Source of the DNA: Psilocybe cubensis
Lineage: Eukaryota
Reading direction: 5' to 3'
Length of the DNA stretch: 64,000 nt
Assembly: GCA_017499595.2 (NCBI GenBank)
Contig: CM039004.1
Span: 1-64,000 of the forward strand
Every line of letters starts with the position of its first letter. The first letter of the stretch is position 1. Below, one piece after another: positions 43,205-57,430 of the stretch. A program made the position numbers and the translations under genes. The notes below the pieces were generated by a model that saw nothing but the letters and a program-made list of their open reading frames with translations, was not told the DNA's origin and searched no databases.

Positions 43205-45589
43205 TGTCAGTAGATGTCTAATACCCCTGTATTTTAATCGACGCACTCCGGAGACGGGTGAACATCAGCTTTCCGCGATGTAGCGCACATAAGCCTCCGT
43301 AAAACACAAAATCAATTTTCTGCCCCCCTGTACAAAGGCGTGAGAATTGAATCACATGATGTGTGGGACTTCACAATCTTGATATTCATCTCTCTGGCAA
43401 CGCAAATGCTTCACAGCGTTATAAACCGTCAAAATCATTGAAGAACACTTTCAAGCTCATTAGTGCCAGCAAGAACCGAAGTAAGCTGCAGGTTTCTATC
43501 ACATGTGTGCCTTAAACCTATACTCAACCATATCTTGCTTACCGTCCAACGCGAACAACGAGCGTCGTTCGTTGATGAACACAGCGACGACGCACACTTA
43601 CAAGTTACGCCTGAACGAACCACGGTCACATTCCTATTGTCAAGTTAATAAGTCCGAGATTTTCGCGGGACTACCCATCGACAGTCCGCACGCATCTTTG
43701 GAACACAGCTTTCAAAAATATCGCAAGCATCTCGTTCCGGACTTACTTCTAGCTTCATATGAATTGGCATTTGTTCAGACACCTATGACCTATCGAATGA
43801 CCATACTTCCCATACAACACGGATGGCCCGAGTGAGCTCTGACTCGGACGACACCTCAAGATACTACGAAGACGCTGTGTTCCCCGCTCTCTAGGTCATC
43901 CGAGTCGCTACTGTTTCTGCTATCATCCGACGAATCGACCTCGGCAAATCGACCACATTAGCTGCCTTTGGGTCGGCGAATCGAAGAACAAGATTGCACT
44001 CGAGCTGCCCTCCGGCAGGTGCATCGACCCTGGCATCAGGTACAGTCAACAGCGTCTGTAGCTCCAGCTTACGTCTAGCAACGAAGGCGTTGCATCAGTA
44101 CAGCGTGCCACCGGGGAGACAATGTATCCCGATTCAATGTGGTGCTCGCCCGCGGGACAAACATCGACCTGTACCCCTCAGTACTCTGCACGTCGCATTA
44201 TCCATCACAGGGCTGCGCTCGTACCCCCTGCCAGACGTTGGAGACGACGAGCTCGAAAGTCTCAGCTTGGCGCTGTTGTCTCTGAAACACTAGCATCCTG
44301 GCGGGAAGCGCCCTTATTAGGAACCCTTAAATGAGCAAGCGCAGGCTAACTGCCTGTGCCTGCAGAGCAGAGATCGCGGTGGTAGGACCTGCCGCCTGCG
44401 AGCTATAAGGGTTGAAGAGGCATGCCCAAGGGACAAGGCTACACTATACGACACCAATGCCTGCTCGTGCGGTCATCTCCTCATTCCCTATGAATAGCAA
44501 CCGCGGGCGCGCAATACTGGTCTCCCCACCATGGGAGGCGTCTGACGCAACTACAGACACGTCCGAAGACGAGGACACCGAAGACAGCGATGGGGGTCGG
44601 ATTGTACTAGGCCACGCGTTCAGGATGCCCGTGACGCTTGATAGCGGAGGCACGGAGGCAGGAATCAGAGGTGGAGGTTAGACTGAGGGAAATCAACGGT
44701 CGCCTCTTCCGCGCCTACACCGGAATCAACACTCTAGTAGCCCGAGCTAATACGCTGTCCAGGCCTTCGCCTGCTCGCTCCAACGTCATTGTACGCGAAG
44801 CACAGACATTTCAACAGCTACGTGTAGAGGTGGAAAGACTTGCCAATGGCGTGTAATAATCTATATGTACACACAAACAGCTTTCTTACAGTAAAAACCT
44901 GGATAAACAACAACTGGCTTGAGACCACCCGGACCAGTGAGATCAATGACCGGCAACGGGCACCACGTCACAGCTGCGAGGGAGTCGAAAGTCCCATCGG
45001 AGCACCCGAGTTGAGCAGGTCTCGGGGGCGGCCGATGGACCGACGGGCATTCCTATATTGGGACCATTATCCGTCTACCTACCTACCGAATGCCGCCCGA
45101 ACGTTGCCCGAAAAACCCATAGATCTCTGTACCCTAGCCTTGACTCTCAAAACCTTTATTTGGTTTTATATCTACTTTGGAAACAGTATTAATTCGACCA
45201 TCCTCCATTCCATTCCGTCACCCGAAGAATTACCCTTTTACCACCTCATAGCCCGCTTGCATTTCTGTCTTTCCACGTAAAGTAAGATACAAAAGCAGTT
45301 CACTCGATACACTACTTGGAGCATCATTAGAAGGGCTATATGTGTTATGGAAATATCCCTACAGTGTGTATCTGAATCAGTATATCAAAACGTTTACATG
45401 ATCCTGAAAAGACCCAGATCATTGACGGATAGACCGTTAAACGCTCTCCAAGCTTATCCGGCCGCTAAACAAAATCCAGCAACTCTACCAACCACTCATA
45501 TCCGTACAAATTACCTCATCCAAACCGTGCGCGCTTATAATAGTGCTTACGTCAAACTCCTGAAGCCTGAAGCTGAAGTCGTACGTCTA

Positions 45590-46180
45590 TACATCCGATA
45601 CCGTTCTCTCTCGCTTACTTCAACCTCGTCTCGTCTCGCCGCTCGTCCTTTCTCGTTACGTCTCGTTCAACCCCGTCTCGTTCAACCCCATGCCGTCTCA
45701 TCTCGCGCCTCCACCTCATCCCGCGCCTCCCACCCCGTCTCATCTCGCCCGTACAGCTCAACCTCAACCTCCTCTCTCCTCACTTCACAGCACTTAAATT
45801 TGTGGTGTCCGGTGTCCTTGTCCCAAGCGGACGGATAGATGTACGCCTCGGCCCTCGGTCCTCGAATCAGATTCAGAGAGTGAGGGAGGACTCGGAGAGT
45901 CAGAGAATCAGAGAGTCAGAGAGTGAGACTGTATCGGACAGAATCATCGTGCTGAATAGACAGACAGATAGATAGATAGATACACAGATGGAATTGGATA
46001 GAATTGGATAGAAGCGATAGATAGAATTGGATAGGAGTGATATAATAAAATAAAATAAAATAACAATGAACCAGACCAAAACAAACGTAACTAAGTAACT
46101 ATATACACAAAAACGGAGTAATGAGACCTTTAACAACTAGATAAACGTATAGATCGACCGACCGACCGACCGACGCGCGC
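45590..46180. repeat. Low-complexity microsatellite-like region (TCTCG, GAGA, ATAGA, CGAC)
   Basis: Short degenerate tandem units downstream of the G-alpha gene. Confidence 0.6.
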
Positions 46181-46227
46181 ATATATGTACAGTATACATG
46201 TATGCTCGTCGCACAAGTGTGCTGGGA

Positions 46228-48741
46228 TCACGATAACTGAACAACATAAATCAGCACGAGAACAGGTAGGAGGGGGGAGGGGGAGAAGTGGGAAAGGGGA
46301 AGGGGAACAGGAAGGGACGTACGAAATCGGCGTTTTTGAGGTAGTCCCGCAATATACTGTCTTTGACTATACATAAAACCGCGCGTTAGCTTAGTAGGAC
46401 AGGGGGGTGGAGAGTGGTGCTTACCAGCTTTTATAGTCGTCGCTGTAGCTTTTGTGTCCTGCAAATTAATCCATCAGGGATGAGAGAGAGAGGGAGAGGC
46501 AGGGAGGGGAGGGAGAGGGAGGGACGTACGACGACGGACGTAGCGTAAAAGTAGCTCGCGCGCTGTGTCGGAGAGTGTTCCTTTAGCTGCTCTTTAAACT
46601 TTTCTCTCAAATCTTCCAAACACATCAACGAAACGCCAAAACACAAAGACATCGCCAACGCACATTTCACAACAGTATTCACATCATTCGCCCGTTCACC
46701 ATAACTAGGCAGATACTTGCGCACCTGCACACCCGCTTTCAGCTTCCTCTTGAGGAGATCGCATTTGTTCAGGAAGAGGATCATGGTCGTGCTGGCGAGG
46801 AGCTTGGAGGAGCAGACGGTGCGCCAGAGGAGGAAGGAGTCTTCGAGGCGGTTAACGCGTGCGTCTTCGGTCAGGCGCTCGTCGAAGCATGATACGGGCG
46901 CCACTGGGGTGTATTAGCTGGGTTAATGAATGCGAAGGGGAGAGGGGGGACGCACGGAATATGATAGCTTGGACATTATCAAAATACGGCAACCACGCGT
47001 GGCGCTGTGACTATGTGAGCCAGGGTCGAAACAAGTCGGGAGAGGGGGACATACCACAGTCCGCGAGCCGCCTACGTCGTACAAGATCCACTCTTTGCCT
47101 GCGTCGCCGCCGATACCGCCCGCAAAGATGCTAGTCGGGCCGTCGTCCAGTCTGATGCGGTACTCTTGCACACCAAGCGTGCGGAGTCGGGCGCGGACGA
47201 CGTCATCGTCTGACGGCGAGTAATCGCGCTGTGCGATACGGTCCAGGTCGTCCAGGAAACTGCTCGTCCATCAGCACACACACACACTGTAGAGAGAAAG
47301 AGCGGACGTACAAGCCAGCTGTATCCTCGATCCTTATCCTCCGCTTTTTGAGGACGGCACGAACAACATCGTCCGTCCACAGCGCCTTCATATCCTCCAA
47401 ACAACTCGCCAGAATCTCCGTAGCATCATCCACCATCTCCCCCTCCTCCTCCCCATCCTCACCAACCGGCGTCGCACGCCCACTCCCCACCCTCCCCTGC
47501 CTCCTCACACTCTGCGCCGAGCCCTTCCGCACTAAGCGCTGCCCGCGCTGCAACGCCTCCTGCAACCGCGTCACTCCAAACTCGCGTTGCGCTGACGCAG
47601 CACCGAGCGGCCGCGCCAGACCCTGCGAATCCGTTTCGAGACTTAACGGTCCGAGATTCGCTCCGCCCAGCACATTCGTCGCTGCGCCATCACCCGTCGC
47701 AGCAGCAGCAGCAGCAGCAGGCGCTGGCGATGGCAAGGGCAACCCCATATCCTCATCCGACCCCGCGCCAAGCCGCCTCTTCAGATCCGTCTCCACACGG
47801 CGTAACGGCCCAAGCCGCATCTTCAGCACCTGGTGTTTACCCGTCAACAGCGTCGACAACTGTTTACTCCCTTCCCTCCCCGTGCCTCCTACCACCACAC
47901 CACTCCCACTTGCTTCCCCCCCTCCCCCTCCCCCTCCCCCTCCACCTGCACTGCTAACACCACCAGGACTGACAGGGTGCTGCAGATCGCCCTCGCCCTC
48001 GGGCTCCCCGTCCATCTCGGCCTGCAGAGCCTCTACGATCGTAATGATCGAGCGGATCACGTTGAGCTGGATCACAGCGCGCCACGACGCGCGCTCGGCG
48101 TCCCAGTCTGCGCGTGCGTATTTCATTCGAAAGTCTGGGTGGAACCGTGGGCGCGATGTGAGGGGTAGGGTAAGAGTGTGAGTTGGGACGGTGGGTTGAG
48201 AGAAGGGAAGTCAGTATAAGAACACGGGTAAGATGAGACGACGCACTTTTCAACGTCGTCGATTTGCCTAATCACCACAACCACACCAACGACCACATCC
48301 ACAAGCGCACATCAAATCCCAAATCCAAATCCAAATCCAATCCCAACATCGAATTCGTCCGTCGAAAATCGACCCAAAAGAAACACCCAAAAAAAAAAAA
48401 ACGTCAGCTCCCATCCCATCCCCCTCACCCCCCCCCCCCCCACCCCCAAAAAAACCCTCAAGAAAAAACCCAAAAAACCAAAAAAACTCACCACTCTCAC
48501 TCTGCCCCAACAAAAGCACCCTCACAACCCCCCTCTCCCTCCGTCTCCTCTCCATTCTCTCAACTTTCAACTCCTCATCAATCATCTCACTCACTCTCCT
48601 TGCCGCCGCCTCTGCTTCCAGGCGGGTGCTTCTTTCCGAGGGAGTTTCGTTGGGTGGGGGGAGGAGGAGGGTTGATAGGGGGTCGTCGGATTGCGAGGTT
48701 GTGGATGAGGTTGTTGTGGTGGAGGATGTTGGGAGGCCCAT
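46228..48741 (-). CDS. Heterotrimeric G-protein alpha subunit, atypical basidiomycete class (Gpa4-like)
   Basis: VLLLGQSESG|KSTTLK (G1), RARLRTLGVQE (G2), YDVGGSR (G3), ILFLNKCDLL (G4), TSVVDT (G5); multi-exon; last exons VKDSILRDYLKNADF|LS*. Confidence 0.88.
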
Positions 48742-49444
48742 GGTAGGATTTATTTTGTGAGGATTTTGGGTATGGGGTTTTGGGCGGTTTTCGGTGGGTT
48801 TTCGGGTTGGGTGGATGGAAAGCGCTGGTGCTGGTGTTTTGTTCGGTGTAGACCTAGAAGCAGAAACGTCAGCTACGTTCAAATCCAGCTATGATACGAT
48901 GGGGGTGTGGGGTGAATGGAACAGTGCAATGTCAAATGAGTACACGAACGAACACAAAACAAGAAAAAAAATACATATTGAAAGATTGAGAGATTGAATC
49001 CAGTAAAGATACGTGAAAGGTAAAGGAAAAGGAAAAAGTGAGCGTAACAGTGGAAAGGTATAACCGACCGACCAACCGAGGCTCGAGCAAACTCACCCTA
49101 ACTCTACCAACCAACCAACCTAACTCAACCAACTCAACCCAACCAACGGCTAGCGGCCAACGATGTACGATGAACGATGAACGACGCAGACCGAAGACCA
49201 CTACCGATACACGACTGATGTTGTATGATGCGTCCTCCATACATCCCCGCACATCTGCATGCTGACCCGCTTCGAAAATGACACGTTCTTCCGACGTCGA
49301 AGGGACTAGAGAAGGTCAGTGATCCGTCAAGTTGATGTTGATGACATACTCACCAACGTTGCGAGCATTGAACAAGGTCTACTGACAACAATGCAACGCC
49401 ACGTACTTAACACACCCCAACCTCAATGCCCCTAGCAGACAAGA

Positions 49445-49850
49445 CGGGTCGCGGGAACGCGATACATAGCGTCATAGCTACAAAATCAAGGTCAGACCAT
49501 ATTCAAAACCCTACAACAAAATGTGCTTACCAGCGTAGCTTCAAGGTCTAATGAATCCACAGGGTGGGTCGCGGGAAAGCGATATATGGCGTCGGAGCAT
49601 CCTGCGCTACAGAAACAAGGTCAGACAACACAAAGAACACTTTGACAATATGCACTTACCATAGCTTCCACATGTGTGGGGTCGGTTGCAGGAATTCGAT
49701 ACATGGCGTCGGAGCATCTGGGGTTGCAGAAACAAGGCCAGTGCGTACTCAAAACCCTCCAACATGTACATACCCTTCCCTAGCACTCGATACATAGCTT
49801 CCAACGGGGGGGCGGTCGCGGGAAATCGACATATGGTGTCGAAGCATCTA
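49445..49850. repeat. Degenerate tandem repeat, ~4 units of ~120 bp
   Basis: Recurring GGTCGCGGGAA...GATACATGGCGTCGGAGCATC...AGAAACAAGG...TAGCTTCCA. Confidence 0.65.
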
Positions 49851-52279
49851 AATCAAATTAGAACACCTCCAAAGCTGTGATAGAAAATATACTTACCAAG
49901 ACGTTGCTCAATGCGACCCCTAGCTGTCGATTCGTAGCTTCCAATCTCAAAGTGAACCCTGCGATGGATTATGAGACCGTGAAAACCCAATGAAAAGAAA
50001 TAAAACGTACTGATGGTGATGGTTACAAGTCAAGGTGTGACGCGAGCCGAGAGGCCGTGTTTGGCATGACCAAACAACGGCTACGGGTGAAGCACAACGA
50101 GATAGAATGCCATGCCCACAGGATTGGGGCATAATGAGCGGCTGCAGTGAACGAAATCCGAATCCCTCTTTATACTCATTTTCACCAGGGTCGCTTTCAT
50201 TATCACCTCAGACCACTTTCCCTAGCTTCAACAAATCGCCTAGTCCACACTTCGTTTCTGCAGCTTACGAGGTAGAATTTTTTTTTTATTCAAATGCCAT
50301 AATTCTTTTCTTAGGAGACCTCACCATTTGCAAACCCGATCGATTTAGTTGTAAGAGTTTACAACAACAATTGGATTTTGGCTGGTTTTCAAAAAGCCAT
50401 GAAACACACCAATTCGTCAATGAGTTCCCATAGAAGGGTGGAGACTGTATATAGGAATCTTCCATCGCCGTAGACACACATATCATGACATAAGGTGTTG
50501 ATTGCTGCACATAAGGGTTTGCGATATGTTGCATTAGTACAAGTGTCCATGTGAATCAAATTAATACATTACTACAAATACAGATATCAACGAAACGTCA
50601 TCTGGCACACAGTAAGTATTATCTACACTGAGATGCAGATATAAAATAATTACCCTCTCCTCGACGGAACTTGAGTGGGTGAGCAGTCGTTAAGGTATTT
50701 ACGTATAGCTTCCAGTGCATAGACTCTCATCCAGATGCTCGGATGCACGAGGGGACTCCTATTTCAGCTAGCCAGACACACAGAAACTCAAAGCCAGCCA
50801 CAGATATCACGAAGAAGACGGCAATACAGTCTGTGCCCAGCTGCACACACACACAGTGAAATTATACATTTCGTATGGACGTGGACGTACAGGGGTGGCT
50901 GGAGTATAAACAGGACACGGACTAGTGGGTTTTTTCTTCAACCCCTCTCCTCTGCTCTCTCCTCTCCTCTCCTCGTCTACTACTCTCCGCTCAACGCCTT
51001 CCACCGCCCTCTGCTCAATGCCCATTGGCACGCCCTGGTTACTCTATGCTCTCGACGACGCGAGTGCGCCGCGACGTGGCCGACGACACGGTATGTATCC
51101 TCTTCTTGCATTCTCTTGCTCTGCCCTCCGCTCAACGCCATTCAGCTCGCCTTCTCGCTGTCCTACGCCTCGCAACAACGTGAACGCACCGCAACGCCGT
51201 GAGTATCGTCCGCCCCTCGCATTCTGAGCCGCTCCTGACCATCTCCCTTGCAGGAACGTGTATGACGACGAGTGAAGGATCTGTGAGGTAGAGGTCGACA
51301 ACGCACTGTGAGTCCACTCTGTCTTTGCATCCCTCTGCAACCTCACAACCATCATCCCAGTGTGTTGGGCGTCGAGGGCGGTGCACGGTGAGCATCCTCA
51401 ATTCACATTCACATCTCATTCTTCAACTCCAGCCTTCTGTGCAGGCTACGCTACCCATCGAGACGCCGCGGGACGCGAGTGTGGGTTTAGTAGGACGCTT
51501 GCAGGTAAGTATTATGCTGTTCGACGTGGATATGCGTTGACACATAGCTGTTTTCGACAACAACAAGCCTCTGCGAGCGGCGGACCCTTTGCACACTGTA
51601 AGTTGGCCCATGTTTTTTTTTGTTTGCCGGAGACCGCCCTTGATTGACCGCCCCATAACAGTGCTGAATTGGCCTGGAAAGTGACGCCGGCGCCGAACAA
51701 CAATACCTATGTAAGTAAGTCACTGTTTACTCTGATTCAGGCAGAACTGACCTTGACACGCAGCATTCTCCACACTAGAATGCAGCACGCGCCTCGCTCA
51801 CCGTGAACCGCCCCACAGTAACAAAGATGTGAGGCCGTTCTGGTTTAACGACCACAGCCGCCTCATTACAAGGTTGCATTGGCTACTTAGAATCAACCCC
51901 AAACTCACAAAACCAGCTCAAAAAAGAAAAAAAAAAAGAGGGGGACACTCACTCTCGACGTGGCAGGTGTAGCGCAGACGTGTGCTGAATTTCCGTTGTT
52001 TGAGGGGCTCTAGCATGCTGGTATAGATAATGGAATGCATAGTTGAAGAGGTGGCAGTGCGTTGTGATGAGGAAATGGCGATTCTTTTGAAATATTCGTG
52101 CCGGGTCTTCAAATTGCGTATATCCCACATTTTCATTGTCTGTGACATTCTGTGGTAAGTTTGAAGCACTGAATAGATAGAATAGTATTTATAGTACTTA
52201 ATTGAATGTGAAAATTAAGTTCTGTGGTGTTGAGGAAAGTCGGACATGTCAAAAATTGTGGATACATGGGTACATACAC

Positions 52280-52445
52280 ACCAACCCTAACCTGCTACAT
52301 ATATAATTGCATTTACCAACCCTAACCAACCCTAACCAGCCTAATCTGTGCTTTTATGGTATTATCAAATCCCAACCAACCCTAAAATCTAAACCCTAAA
52401 CCATCCTAATCTGTATTTTTGTGGTCACCACCAACCCTAACCAAG
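52280..52445 (+). repeat. Degenerate interstitial telomere-like motifs (CCAACCCTAACC, AAACCCTAAA) within a short repeat
   Basis: About 6 CCCTAA-containing motifs interleaved with CTAATCTGTG..TTTGTGGT units. Confidence 0.55.
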
Positions 52446-55400
52446 GCTAATATGTGCTTTGTGGTGTAGGTGTTACATTGTGTTGTTATAATTGTATGGT
52501 GATTAACACATCAGAATCTGATACAAAGACATACAGAGCACTGATTACTCACCTTGACATGCCATAGTACACCCCTATACTCAAACAGTCCAGCCCAATC
52601 AATCAAGTTACACGAGAAGAAATTTCAAAAATTAATATCACGTACGTGCACATCCTCCTGCTCCCCCGATTCCCGTTTTCAACCTATTTCCAACGTTTTC
52701 TGTCATTCTAGACCCGTAATGCACTAGTCCGTACCTACTCGGATCGGCTAACGTGCGTTACTATCTAGAAGCTTTGAAAAAAAAAATTGCAGAATGAAAC
52801 AAAGGACGCACCGGGACGATGCTCCAGAACGAATACATACATTGTACGCAATTCTGCGTGTTTCCCGGGTGTCTTGGGTAGCTGGTATGTTATACGGGTG
52901 GTGGGAATGTTCTTCTGGGCGCGGATGGGAGGCTGACAGGATGAAATTTCGCGCTTGGTGTGTGCTGTTTTGCGTCATAGTCATGCAATACGGCACATAA
53001 CCACAATTAAGGTTGAGAACCAAGAGGAACTGAGAGGTATGTGTCTCATGTACGTTGAGTTCAGCCTATTCTCTCATTCAACACGTCTCCGTCAATCTCG
53101 TATGAATATTTACGACATGTGTCTATTGATGACATACGCTAGAAACGCGGAATTGGAGCTGGAATAGCATGTAGCTCTGTATATCATGTATTTATCCCTC
53201 TGCCCTTCCTAATGCACTGCTTTGTCACTGATGTTTGGGGAAATAGAGACGATATGTGTTAAATATATGAAAGTACCGTCTTAGAGACGTTTTGGGCGCT
53301 TAACGAATGCCAGTCCCAATTTTCATCTGGATGCCGTGTGAGTGACTCGTTTATTTTGTCTCACATAATCTCTTCCAATGTATAATTTCATTTTATTCAG
53401 GATCCTCATGGCAGACCCGGATTTCCTTGTTTTGTGCCCAGGTGCGTCTAAACGGAATGTAATGTTTTTATACATGTTCAACTTCGATTGACTTGCATCC
53501 AGCTTCTTTACATCTTGCCTTCGGAGGTACCCGGCTCCTTTATGCAATGTTTGAATGTCAGTTAGATGCAGCAAATGTTTGAAATTGTGTAATTTCATGA
53601 TTTGGGGGGAGGAGTGGTGCTAATTTTCCTTCGGCTCACAGCATCATTGCGGCAAAGTATTGTGTTTAGGTGCGTTTGAAACTATGGTATAACTCCGTTA
53701 CAGGGTCTCCATGGCTAATCTAATATGCTCTTCTTGCGAATTCACTAGTGAATGAATACATTGGGACTCAAGGAGAACTTGTTTAAATTTAGAATTTTTG
53801 AACTTTTATCGAGGTCTGCAAGATGATAGATATGTATATATGTGTCTATCATACTAGTAGCTAGTTTATACATTGATGTACGATAGGTTTGACTACAATA
53901 ATGAGGAATAAAATACAATAATTGGCAGTAATATGAATGTTACTCAACTTCAAATGGCCGTAGATTGTGTTGAAGCTGCTTCCTTAGAGTCAGTCAAAGT
54001 CCGCTTAATCAAGGCAAGAATGACAAATGAATGAGCGAGGATTCTATGCTGAATTGTGAGTTTGTATCCTTGAATCAATATTAGCTTGATTTCTGACCTA
54101 AACGACATTATGTTTGACGTATCCCCACAGTACCGAGTTGCTGGGATCATACAGAATATTTAAAACGGGCGCAGAGGGGACGAAGGCATGTAGAAACACT
54201 GACACGGAGATCTGGAGATTTCGGTGCGGCAGTTAGATATTATTACATCACTTTGAAAGTGGAAGACTTACCCACACGGTTAAATAGACGAAGAGATGTA
54301 GTAAGGATATCAATATCGGATTCGGAAGTAATGGAACAAATACTCACCCCCCCATGTCAATCTCATCGCCCGCTCTTGTTCCCACAACTAAATAAATACC
54401 TATAAACGCGGTTGAACGGTCGATCTTGTGATGTAATGTACTCACTAAAATATAGCAAGTATCTCAAGCCAGAAAACTCTAAATGAGAAGGTGACAATGC
54501 TCACCAAATGTCGCATCATTGCAGTGAATCTCAATCTCCTGGGGCATACCATCCTAACAAGATGGTGATTACTTTAGCAAGTGATGAAGAGAGAGTACAC
54601 AGACCTTGGAAATATGACCTCAGTGCAGTTGTATCCCTGCGCGTCTGCTTGAAACAGGGCATACGACAAATACGCGCACAATCACGACCACCCACCCGGC
54701 CAAAATGTTACAACTGCCGCAGCAAATCCGACCCAACCACACCTCCACCTCCTCTCCCAAATCGGCATTGCACCTCATTCCAATCGTTTTCCCTACAACT
54801 CGGCTCCGTGTGCCCTGTACTAGCCCAAACACCCTCGCTCACCCTCGGCTAAGCAATAACGGCACATCCACTAGCAGAAGCAACGGCGTCCAATTTGTCG
54901 CTGTGCAGAAGAGCAGAAGATGAGTATTCCGTGTGTTGACTCCAGAACAAGTGTCCGCATTCCGGGAGTGCTAGAACGCGAGTTGTGTGTTGAGTGCGTA
55001 TAGTTCGAGGTCTGGGTGTACGTACCTGTTCCCGAGTCATCGAGGGCTTTGCAACTTTCAAGATGGTTTTGAGAGATTTCATGTTATTTTGTTATCTCTG
55101 CTCAGGGGTATTCCAAGGCGAAAATGTACTCTGGTATAGATATTCAGGATTAAAGATAACTAAAAACGTACTTGTGTCCTCTCGTGTTCAAATCTTTATT
55201 AGATATTCGAGTGAAATTCAATGAATGCATTATCGAGCACTTGCTGTTGAGCATTTCACGTCGTATTCGGTTTGATAGATTAGACGTATGATGATTTTCT
55301 TCAACTATTCCATACCACCCTGACCTCAAATCCAACATTCAAGCAAGAAAACCTATCCAATTCCGAATCTCAACACACCAATCGCACCTCGCATAACCCG

Positions 55401-55854
55401 AATATACACTAACAAGCGACACGAAAAAAAATCTGTATTTTCGGCCTACTTACGACATGTAACAGGCGTACTAGTAACAGTCGAACCACGACAGGGTATA
55501 TAAAGGGTACGCACCTTGCTGGCATCCTTCATCCCCTCATCCCCTCTTCTTCCCTGCCTCTTCAGCCTTCAGGTCAGTCAAAGGACCTCTTCCCCCACGC
55601 TTCCCTCGTTGTTTCCGGCTCTGTACAGCAAGTTGCTCGAGATGGTAAGCCGTGCTGTATTTGCTTCTGACAACGGCGCTGACGGTATGCTTGACATTGA
55701 CAGAACAGCTTCAAGGATGCACCATGGTGAGTTGCATTCCATGAACGACGCGCTGGGTGCTCACCTCCCGCTCATTGCTGCGCAGCTCAACGTGAGAGCA
55801 ATGCTGACGACGCAGCCTCTCGTCGGCAACGTGCCCCCTGAACGCGACACTACG

Positions 55855-56500
55855 GTGAGTGTCATCACATGTGTCGGATTTGATTTAACGGCGTACGCAC
55901 AGAATCAAAGGATGCTGATGCGACTGCCAACAAGGAAACGACGGTAAGCAAAATCGCCACAACCGGTATTGACAGCACTGACGCACCTAGCCAGTGTTCC
56001 CCTCTATCATCAACTCGTCGTTGCTTGCCATCTCAACCTGTCCCTCACAAACCGCCCTCAAACCGCCCCCGCCCGCTGTGTTGCCATGTATTGAATTCAT
56101 TTTAATGGTGTACGCACAGAACGAAAGGACGCTGGCGCGACTGCCAACGATGGTAAATAAAAATCTCCACCACCCGTATTGACAGCACTGACGCGCCTAG
56201 CCAGCGTCCCCTCTCTGTCGTCAACTCGTTGCTCGTCATCGCAACCCACCCCTCCCAGACCGCCCTCAATCCGCCTTCGTTTGCTGTGTGGCCCGCGTTG
56301 GATTTGTTTTCATGGTGTAGACACACAATGAAAGGAAGCTGGCATGACTGCCAACAAGGAGACGAGGGTAAACAAATCTCCACAACCCGTATTTACAGTA
56401 CTGACGCACCTGGCCAGCACGCTCCCTCTATCCTCAGCTCGTCGTTGCTTGCCATCGCAATTTGTCCCTACCAGACCGCCCTCAATCTGCCTGCGCTCAC
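55855..56500 (+). repeat. Three degenerate tandem units of ~210-220 bp with splice-like signals
   Basis: Recurring GTACGCACAG..CTGCCAAC..GGTAA..CCGTATTGACAGCACTGACGCACCTAGCCAG..CTCGTCGTTGCTTGCCATC..ACCGCCCTCAA. Confidence 0.65.
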
Positions 56501-57430
56501 CAGGTTGCCTTTCTCTCACCCATAAAACGCACCCGACACGCGTAATGGCGGCATTGAAGGAAACTGGAGGATAGAACGAACAGTGGGTAACAGGGTGTCG
56601 ATGTAGGCTGTTGAAATGACTGACCTCTTTACTGGCAGTGGACATGGGTCGCACCACCGCATCCAAACGCAGACACGCTGAAGTGCTAAAGGGTAAAAGC
56701 GCAATGTCAGCGGCGTAGATAACTTACAACTGTCCGCCATGATAACCCAAAAAGGATATCATGACACTTCTCCCGCGGCCCTCCCTCACGGTTGTTGATG
56801 TCGGCCTTGACGACGGAATGGTATGGGATGGCGGCGGTGACGAGAGAAGTAGGCATGTACTTACTCAACTTGGCAGGACATTCCAAACATATGCATCGCA
56901 AACCCTGCACGCTCGTGCGCCAATGAGAACAGCAGTAACAGCTCGAGGGTGTTGAGGGTCTGATGTGAGAGGTGGTCGTACAGCGAGGAATGGTTTGCGT
57001 ATGTGGCGTGCAATGGGATGTGCTGCTGTTGCTGTTGTTGTTGCAGTTGTTGGTAGATGTCAGGGCCGGGGGCGGGCGGGCCGCCGTTGTTTGCTGTGAG
57101 TACGGGTGCCGGGAGGAAGAGGCGGCAGCGGAGGACAATGAGCGAAAGCGGAAGAGCGGGTAGGGATAGTGTGAGCAAATACAAACAAACACAAACGATT
57201 CCTCTGCCGCGAGTCGTTGTGGGCGGCAAGTGGAGGCGGGGCGGCGGCGGGGTGGGGGAGTCGGCGGCGGCGGCGAAGGCGCGGGGGTGGCAGTGCAACA
57301 ACACGCAGCAATGTGCGTGTCATTGTGGGCGGCGAGCGAAGGTGGTGGGGGCAGCGACAGGCGGCGACGAGCAGTAAACCAACAACGACACGCGTACATT
57401 CACGTGACCTATCTGGTTGGGACCCACACT

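Noticed and set aside
47231-48181. 316-aa plus-strand ORF
   Set aside because: Antisense shadow of the GC-rich G-alpha exon
50700-55300. Scattered short ORFs as genes
   Set aside because: No recognisable motifs or coherent exon chain could be supported by eye
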